DNA from: an uncultured Gemmatimonadaceae bacterium
GTDB taxonomy: Bacteria > Gemmatimonadota > Gemmatimonadetes > Gemmatimonadales > Gemmatimonadaceae
NCBI GenBank assembly: GCA_963761305.1
Contig: CAVXGK010000001.1
Span: 384,001-448,000 of the forward strand
DNA length: 64,000 bases
Direction: 5' to 3'
Shown here one piece after another: positions 58,016 to 64,000 of the stretch. Below the pieces are notes generated by a model. The model did no database searches. It saw only the letters and a list, made by a program, of their open reading frames with translations, and was not told the DNA's origin. The position numbers and the translations under genes are program-made. Position 1 is the first letter of the stretch; each line of letters opens with the position of its first letter.

Positions 58016-58753
58016 ATGTCGATCGATCGCCCCATTCTGTCTGTTTCGATCTTGGCCGTGGGCCTCGCGCTCGGCGGCCTGCTCGCCGGCAACGGCTTCG
58101 CGCGCGCGCGAGCGGCTGACCGGTACGTCACGGTCAAGGGTGTGTCCGAACGCGAGGTGCGGGCCGATCTGGCGATTTGGCCGCTCCACCTCGTGGGTGC
58201 GGACAACGATCTGGCGGCGGCGAACGGGAAGCTCAGTACGAGCATCGGCGGCGTGCGCGCGTTCCTCGTCCGGCATGGGATCGACACGAGCCAGATCCAG
58301 ATGACCGAGTTTTCGGCGACCGACGCGTACGCGAATCAATTCATGTCGGACCGAAAGCCCGCCAACCGGTACATCGTTCATCAGACCGTGCTGGTGCGGT
58401 CCAATCGTCCCGATCAGGTGCTCGCGGCAAGCCAGCAGATCAGTGAGCTGGCGGCGGTCGGCGTGGTGATCTCGTCCGGCGAGGGTGAGGGCGGCGATCG
58501 TGGGGGACCGACGTTCGTCTTCACGCAGCTCAACAAGCTCAAGCCGGAGATGATCGCCGACGCGACGGCGCGGGCGCGTGAGGCGGCGACACAGTTCGCG
58601 CGCGACTCGCACAGCGACCTCGGCGCGATTCGTCAGGCGAATCAGGGGGTGTTCGAGATCCTGCCGCGCGACGAGGCGCCGGGGATCAGCGAGTCGAGCC
58701 AGATCGCGAAGGTCGTTCGGGTGGTGTCGACGATCGACTACTACCTGAGATAG
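58016..58753 (+). CDS. SIMPL (DUF541) domain protein
   Basis: VTVKGVSEREVRADLAIW, LKPEMIADAT, GAIRQANQGVF, VRVVSTIDY. Confidence 0.92.
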   Translation: MSIDRPILSVSILAVGLALGGLLAGNGFARARAADRYVTVKGVSEREVRADLAIWPLHLVGADNDLAAANGKLSTSIGGVRAFLVRHGIDTSQIQMTEFSATDAYANQFMSDRKPANRYIVHQTVLVRSNRPDQVLAASQQISELAAVGVVISSGEGEGGDRGGPTFVFTQLNKLKPEMIADATARAREAATQFARDSHSDLGAIRQANQGVFEILPRDEAPGISESSQIAKVVRVVSTIDYYLR

Positions 58754-58839
58754 GATCCGTCGCCAGGATCCTTTTGGTCGGTACGGAGTACATCGCGCCG
58801 TGGCTGGCTCCCCCCCGACCTTCACGATGAGAGGTTAGT

Positions 58840-59244
58840 GTGGCGCGAAGTCTCACCAGTGTTTGCGGCCTGGCGTTGGCATTGGCATTGACCGGGTGGA
58901 CCACGGCGTGCGGCGGCGCCGGCGGATCGGCGGTCACCGAAACGAACACTCCGCAACCGACGGCCATCAGGCTCGACTCATCGGCCATCACCGTCGCCGT
59001 GGGCGCGAGTCATCCGCTGGTCGTGACGGTGACCGGCGCGGGCGGCATGGTCCTCACGAAAGCGCCCGTCTCATGGAATACGCTCAACGGCACGATCGCG
59101 TCGGTGTCCCAGAGCGGCGTCGTCCACGGAGTGTCCGCCGGTATGACCCAGGTTACCGTTGTATCGGGCCCGACGATCGCGCTCACGATCGTCAGAGTCG
59201 TCCCCACGCCGTCCGCCGCCCGGGTGTCGTTTGCGGTGAGGTAG
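58840..59244 (+). CDS. Ig-like (Big_2) lipoprotein
   Basis: Lipobox TAC; VSWNT..IASVSQSGVVHGVSAG.T.VTV. Confidence 0.75.
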   Translation: MARSLTSVCGLALALALTGWTTACGGAGGSAVTETNTPQPTAIRLDSSAITVAVGASHPLVVTVTGAGGMVLTKAPVSWNTLNGTIASVSQSGVVHGVSAGMTQVTVVSGPTIALTIVRVVPTPSAARVSFAVR

Positions 59245-59286
59245 CGCACGTTTCATCGCGGTGGGTTTGCGTATCTTGAGATCCTG

Positions 59287-59646
59287 ATGAGAATCTCGGC
59301 TGTTGTCGTCGCGGTTACGGCCGTCGTCGGTGGCTGTAGCAAGACCACTGCGCCGAAGACCGAGTCGTCCATTGACTGCGCCGTCGGTGAAGTCCGCGCT
59401 TCACCGGCCGAGGCGACGCTGCACCCGGGCGACACGGTTGGCGTACACGCCATTGTCTCGTTCTGCCCCGGCGACCCGCTTACACCGACGTTCCTCTGGC
59501 GATCGAGCGACACGAGCGTCGCGATCGTGGACTCGGTGGCGGGCCTCGCTCGGGCAAAGAGCGCCGGCAGAGCAACGCTCGTCGCCGCCGCTACGGTCAA
59601 TCCGCAAATCAGCGTGGCGACGGTGCTGACGGTCGTGCCGCAGTAG
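59287..59646 (+). CDS. Ig-like (Big_2) lipoprotein
   Basis: Lipobox VGGC; WRSSDTSVAIVDS..GLARAKSAGRATL. Confidence 0.78.
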   Translation: MRISAVVVAVTAVVGGCSKTTAPKTESSIDCAVGEVRASPAEATLHPGDTVGVHAIVSFCPGDPLTPTFLWRSSDTSVAIVDSVAGLARAKSAGRATLVAAATVNPQISVATVLTVVPQ

Positions 59647-59680
59647 CCACGGCTGTCCTGATTCTTTGCACAAGCGTGCG

Positions 59681-60254
59681 GTGAACATCGAGGTTGTACC
59701 CGAAGACTCCCGGTCGCTCGCGTCGTACGCGTCGATCACTATCGCATATCCAGTCGACTCGACGCTCGACGTAGACGTCTTGGAGGCCAGCGGCGGTTCG
59801 CACCTCGAGTCGCGACCGGTCGATCGCCCGTATCTCAAGGACTACGACGCGTACGCCGGCAACAGCCCGCTCGACTGGCCAGCTCGGTTCAACGTCTCGG
59901 CGTGGGGGTTGTTTGGTGCCTTCATGGACGGTCGGCGTGTCGGCGGCGCGGCCGTCGCGAATCGTGATCCCGGCGTCGATCTTGTCGGCGCCGACGATGA
60001 TGTCGGCCATCCTATTCGATCTACGAGTCGACCCAGCGGCGCGGCGCAGCGGTGTCGGCAGCGCCTTGCTTCGCGCCGCCGAAGCGTGGGCGAAGACCCG
60101 CGGTCTCCGTCGACTCATCGTCGAGACGCAGCACGTCAACGTGCCAGCCTGTCGTTTCTACGCCAAGCACGGATTCACGCTGGACGCCGTGAATCGGGGC
60201 GCGTATCGTGACTTGCCTAACGAGATTCAACTCCTCTGGCGCCGCGACGTGTAG
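59681..60254 (+). pseudogene. GNAT acetyltransferase (streptothricin acetyltransferase-like), frameshift near 60006
   Basis: PYLKDYD..WPARF..VGGAAVA in one frame; LFDLRVDPAARRSGVGSALL..ETQHVNVPACRFY in the next. Confidence 0.8.
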
Positions 60255-60273
60255 TGATCCTCGAAAGGACGTT

Positions 60274-60798
60274 ATGGACTTCGACTTGACGAACGGCATC
60301 GCGGTTCTCGAGCGCACGCCGGCGACGGTGCGCGCGATGCTCGACGGACTTCCGGCGGCATGGATCGACGCGGACGAGGGGCCGGACACGTGGAGCCCGT
60401 ACGTCATCGTCGGCCATCTCATCCAGGGCGAGCGGAGCGATTGGATTCCGCGCGCGAAAATCATTCTCGCGCAGGGGCCGCAGCGGCGATTCGAACCCTT
60501 TGACCGAAACGCGCAATTCCGTGAAAGCGAGGGGAAGTCGCTTGCTCAATTGCTCGATGAATTCACGCGACTGCGCGTGGAAAATCTCGCAACGCTCGCC
60601 GATTGGAACATCACCGATCGAGAGCTCGCGCTCGAGGGAGAGCACCCGGCGTTCGGGCTCGTCACGCTTCGCCAATTGCTCGCCACCTGGGTCGTCCACG
60701 ACCTCGGGCACATCGCACAGGCGGCGCGCGTGATGGCGAAGCAGTACAAGAGTGCGATCGGGCCGTGGCGGGCGTATCTTCCCGTCGTGGACAGGTAG
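60274..60798 (+). CDS. DinB family protein
   Basis: LERTP, WSPYVIVGHL, HPAFGLVTLRQLLATWVVHDLGHIAQ. Confidence 0.9.
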   Translation: MDFDLTNGIAVLERTPATVRAMLDGLPAAWIDADEGPDTWSPYVIVGHLIQGERSDWIPRAKIILAQGPQRRFEPFDRNAQFRESEGKSLAQLLDEFTRLRVENLATLADWNITDRELALEGEHPAFGLVTLRQLLATWVVHDLGHIAQAARVMAKQYKSAIGPWRAYLPVVDR

Positions 60799-60826
60799 AC
60801 GGGTGGACCGGTGGACCGGTGGACCG
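60794..60826 (+). repeat. GGTGGACC octamer tandem array
   Basis: ggtagacgggtggaccggtggaccggtggacc, containing the DinB stop. Confidence 0.85.
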
Positions 60827-60857
60827 CCAAACGGCGCGACAGCGAGGAGAGCCTCAC

Positions 60858-62588
60858 ATGAGCAAGCGTCAGAGCCGTAGGGAGTTCATGGGGTTGGCGG
60901 CGGCGAGTGCGGCGGGGATCCTCACTCGGCCGACATTTGGCGACGCGCATCCGTTCACGGCGGCGCCCTTCTCTCTCGCGGCAGATCCGGATCTGCTCGT
61001 CGTCAACGCGAAGGTCTATACGATGGACCCGGCGGCGCCGCGCGCCGAGGCGTTTTCGATCAGCGGTGGGAGGATCGTCGCGGTCGGCAGCAGTGCCGAC
61101 ATTCGCGGGCTGGCGCGCAAAGGCACGCAGACGTTCGACGCCAAAGGCATGACGATCGTGCCAGGCTTCACCGACTGCCACAACCACGCCGGCGGGACGA
61201 CGCTTCTATATGAAGTCCTCGTCGGGAATCCGTTCGAGGTCGAGTTCGTCACCATCGACAGCATCGTCGAGAAGCTCCGCGCCAAGGCGCAGCAAACGCC
61301 GGCCGGCACGTGGGTCGACGGCTACTTCTTCGACGACACGAAGCTCAAGGACAAGCGGCCGCTCAACGCGCACGATCTGGATCGAGTCTCTACCGAACAT
61401 CCCGTCGTCGTGCATCATCGCGGCGGACACACGTCGTTCTACAACACGCACGCGCTCCAGCTGGCGAAGCTCGACCGCGGCACGCCGAATCCGGCGGGCG
61501 GCACGTTCGACCGCGACGAGAACGGCGACTTGAATGGCCGCGTGACCGATCGGGCGCGCAACGTGTTCAACGGCGTCGGCAATCGGCCGAAGTTCACGCC
61601 GGAACAAGCCGAGCAGCGCGGGCGAGACGGCATCGCCCACATCTCCAAACAGTTCGTCCGCTACGGGTTGACGAGCGTGCATCACGAGGGCGGTGATCTC
61701 GCCGCCATCCAGCAGGTGCGCGCGCGCGGCGAGCTGCTGCATCGCGTGAGCTATGAATCGGACGGCCGAGTGCTCGAGTCGATGATCAACGGCGGCATCA
61801 TGACCGGGTTCGGCGACGAGTGGATCAAACTCGGCGCGACGTCCGAGCGCACGGTGGACGGATCGTTCTCCGAGCGCACGATGGCGCTCAGCGTTCCCTA
61901 CCCCGGCTCGCAGTCGGGTTACAAGGGGAACATCACCGAAACGCAGGACGACCTCAACGCGTGGATCGAGCGCGTGCATCGCGCCGGCATTCAGGTCAAC
62001 TGCCACGCCAACGGCGACGTGGCGATCGACATGTTTCTCACCGCGGTCGAGCGTGCGCAGAAGGCGTTTCCGCGTGCCGATGCGCGCCCCAAGATCACGC
62101 ACTGCACGCTCATCAACGACGACCTCGTGCGTCGCATCAAGGCACTCGGCGCCGTGCCGGCGATGTTCACGACGTACGCGTATTACAACTCCGACAAGTT
62201 CGTGTTCTACGGCGAAGACCTGATGAAGCGGAGCATGGCGTATCGCACGATGCTCGACGCGGGCGTCGCTGTGGCGGCCGGGTCGGATTTCTCACCCGGA
62301 CCGTTCGCGCCGCTCATGGGCATTCAGGGGATGGTGACGCGCACGGGATGGGACGGAAAGACGTGGGGCGCGAATCAGCGCATCACCGTGGACGAAGCGA
62401 TCCGGGTGAACACGATGAACGGCGCGTACAACTCGCACGAGGAATCGCTCAAGGGCTCGATCACGGCGGGTAAGCTCGGAGATTTCGTCGTGTTGGCGGA
62501 GGATCCTCACACGGTGAGCCCGGAGAAGATCAAGGATATTCAGATTGTGAGGACGGTGGTGGGGGGAGCGACAGTTTATCAGGGGTAG
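60858..62588 (+). CDS. Tat-exported amidohydrolase (Amidohydro_3)
   Basis: Twin-arginine SRREFMG; PGFTDCHNH, CHANGD, ITHC, GSDF, GKLGDFVVL. Confidence 0.92.
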   Translation: MSKRQSRREFMGLAAASAAGILTRPTFGDAHPFTAAPFSLAADPDLLVVNAKVYTMDPAAPRAEAFSISGGRIVAVGSSADIRGLARKGTQTFDAKGMTIVPGFTDCHNHAGGTTLLYEVLVGNPFEVEFVTIDSIVEKLRAKAQQTPAGTWVDGYFFDDTKLKDKRPLNAHDLDRVSTEHPVVVHHRGGHTSFYNTHALQLAKLDRGTPNPAGGTFDRDENGDLNGRVTDRARNVFNGVGNRPKFTPEQAEQRGRDGIAHISKQFVRYGLTSVHHEGGDLAAIQQVRARGELLHRVSYESDGRVLESMINGGIMTGFGDEWIKLGATSERTVDGSFSERTMALSVPYPGSQSGYKGNITETQDDLNAWIERVHRAGIQVNCHANGDVAIDMFLTAVERAQKAFPRADARPKITHCTLINDDLVRRIKALGAVPAMFTTYAYYNSDKFVFYGEDLMKRSMAYRTMLDAGVAVAAGSDFSPGPFAPLMGIQGMVTRTGWDGKTWGANQRITVDEAIRVNTMNGAYNSHEESLKGSITAGKLGDFVVLAEDPHTVSPEKIKDIQIVRTVVGGATVYQG

Positions 62589-62616
62589 ACCGGTGGACCG
62601 GTGGACCGGTGGACCG
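62584..62616 (+). repeat. GGTGGACC octamer tandem array
   Basis: ggtagaccggtggaccggtggaccggtggacc, containing the amidohydrolase stop. Confidence 0.88.
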
Positions 62617-62641
62617 GAACGGCAAGAAGCGAGGTGATTGC

Positions 62642-63118
62642 ATGCGTCGAATCCAATTCGTAGTCCCCGCACTAGCGGTACTCACGAGCGCCGCGAATGT
62701 GGGAGCGCAGGATGTGGAGCGGGCGGCGGTGATCGCGACGGTGCAGAAAGTGTTCGATGCGATGCGGACGCGTGACACGGCGTTGCTCAGTGTCGCGTTC
62801 GACACGACGGCGCGGCTGGTCGGGGTTCGGACGCGAGACAACACGATCTCGCTGACGACACCGGCGGCGTTCGGAGCAGCGCTGACGCGCGCGCCGGCGG
62901 GGGATGTGTGGAACGAGCGCATCTTCGACCCCGAAGTGCGGATCGATGGCGACCTAGCGCAGGTGTGGGCGTACTACACGTTCCACCGCAACAAGGAATT
63001 CACGCACTGCGGCGTCGACGCATTCATGCTCAGAAAACTCGGCACGCAATGGAAGATCACGCAGCTGTCGGACTCGCGTCGGACGACCGGCTGCACGCAT
63101 ACGGAGCCTCCGGGTTGA
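62642..63118 (+). CDS. NTF2-like (SnoaL/lumazine-binding) exported protein
   Basis: VFDAMRTRD, ERIFDPEVRIDGDLAQVWAYY, HCGVDAF, WKI. Confidence 0.88.
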   Translation: MRRIQFVVPALAVLTSAANVGAQDVERAAVIATVQKVFDAMRTRDTALLSVAFDTTARLVGVRTRDNTISLTTPAAFGAALTRAPAGDVWNERIFDPEVRIDGDLAQVWAYYTFHRNKEFTHCGVDAFMLRKLGTQWKITQLSDSRRTTGCTHTEPPG

Positions 63119-63768
63119 CGACGGCGGGAAAGCAGCCGGCGCGAAAGGGAGTCACGGCGGGGAGTCTTCTCTTCTGGCCGCTCCGGCCGTTCTGGCGACT
63201 CATGTTGCGCGTGATTCCCGCGCCGGACCCGTGGGAGCGGATCGGATACCGCGTTCCGCCGCGCAGGTTCGGCCCCGGTTCTTCGCACGGCTTCGAGTGG
63301 TACTTCGAGGGCGAGAGCACCGTGGCGGTCTCGAACGTCGACGACATCGTCGACTGGCTGCTCGGCTGCGAGTACGTGTCGGACCCCGACCTGTTTCGCG
63401 TCGACGACTACTGGCAGCACCCTCAGACGTTCGAGCAGATCCGTCGCGGCGACTGCGAGGATCACGCGCTCTGGGCATGGCGCAAGCTCATCGAGCTCGG
63501 CTACGACGCGGAGCTCGTCGCGGGGCGTTGCCTGCCGTGGACGCCGGGCGTCGAGGGCAACGACCGCACGCACGCATGGGTGATGTTTCGTCGCGATGGC
63601 GAGTCGTTCGTCTTCGAGGCGACGAGCAAAGTCAGAGAGCGCGTGGTTCGGCCGCTGGCCGAGGTGACGTCGGCATATCGCCCGGAGATCGGTGTGGATC
63701 GCCATCGCAAGAGCTTCGCCTTCGGCGGTGTCCTGGTCACGATGCGCGAGCGAGAGTTCGCGCGATGA
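63115..63768 (+). CDS. Transglutaminase-like cysteine peptidase
   Basis: DYWQHP..RGDCEDHALW..THAWV..FEAT; start uncertain. Confidence 0.8.
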   Translation: MTTAGKQPARKGVTAGSLLFWPLRPFWRLMLRVIPAPDPWERIGYRVPPRRFGPGSSHGFEWYFEGESTVAVSNVDDIVDWLLGCEYVSDPDLFRVDDYWQHPQTFEQIRRGDCEDHALWAWRKLIELGYDAELVAGRCLPWTPGVEGNDRTHAWVMFRRDGESFVFEATSKVRERVVRPLAEVTSAYRPEIGVDRHRKSFAFGGVLVTMREREFAR

Positions 63769-64000
63769 CGATGACAGGCTGCCACGAGTGTGGCGCGTCG
63801 TATGCGAGCGATGACGATTCGTGCGCGGCACGCTTCGAGCGGCTGCTCGCACTCGACCACTCGCGACAAGAGCCATGGGGAAGCCGGCACGGGCAGGCAT
63901 TCGCCGCGTTCGCCCTGCAGCACCCGCAGCGATTCGCGACGTCGCTCGATCATGCGTGGTCGGCCCTCCATCGCATCTACGTCACTGGCGACCGGCCGAG
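63765..64000 (+). CDS. DUF5946-like protein (partial, runs off window end)
   Basis: Manual translation MTMTGCHECGASY..SCAARFERLLALDHSRQEPWGSRHGQAFAAFALQHP. Confidence 0.65.
   Translation, partial: MTMTGCHECGASYASDDDSCAARFERLLALDHSRQEPWGSRHGQAFAAFALQHPQRFATSLDHAWSALHRIYVTGDRP

Noticed and set aside
57365..58825. 486-aa minus-strand ORF with NGATAKRRNGQTAQRP repeats, and the overlapping AVWPLRRL ORFs
   Set aside because: Translation of the DNA tandem repeat and antisense of the SIMPL gene
1..64000. tRNA or rRNA genes
   Set aside because: No cloverleaf or rRNA signature recognised by eye; tRNAscan was not run

Overview
High-GC bacterial DNA. The gene content (several orphan MacB/FtsX-type permeases with PadR regulators, DUF5916, an EcxA-type metalloprotease) suggests Gemmatimonadota or a similar soil lineage; this is inference. 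Positions ~2.4-38 kb are an accessory mosaic with four near-complete and two fragmentary orphan ABC permeases, many truncated or frameshifted genes, and two integron-type cassette arrays with clear attC sites. The arrays point away from each other (left array on - strand ~20.0-23.8 kb, right array on + strand ~29.0-32.4 kb). Each starts at a related ~180-bp attI-like element. Between these elements there is no integrase but a 4.8-kb module: a divergent ECF sigma factor, a helical protein, two holin-like membrane proteins, an Amidase_2 endolysin, a 22-aa micropeptide and a spanin-like protein. At 38.4-44.5 kb is a candidate peptide-signalling locus: a structured leader, an unannotated 16-aa peptide (MLAFLLCLFAGNVTWV), a membrane HD-GYP phosphodiesterase and a convergent wHTH-BTAD-STAND ATPase regulator. 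The 16-aa and 22-aa peptides share the C-terminal motif AG-x-x-[ST]-W-V-stop. The right third is mostly ordinary genes (sigma-54 activator, MogA/MoaB, gcvT, DUF5916, hybrid kinase, Zn protease, SIMPL, DinB, amidohydrolase), plus a metal-ligand-less B3 beta-lactamase/lipase fusion and two families of short intergenic tandem repeats. Family names are recognised by eye from motifs; no searches were run.
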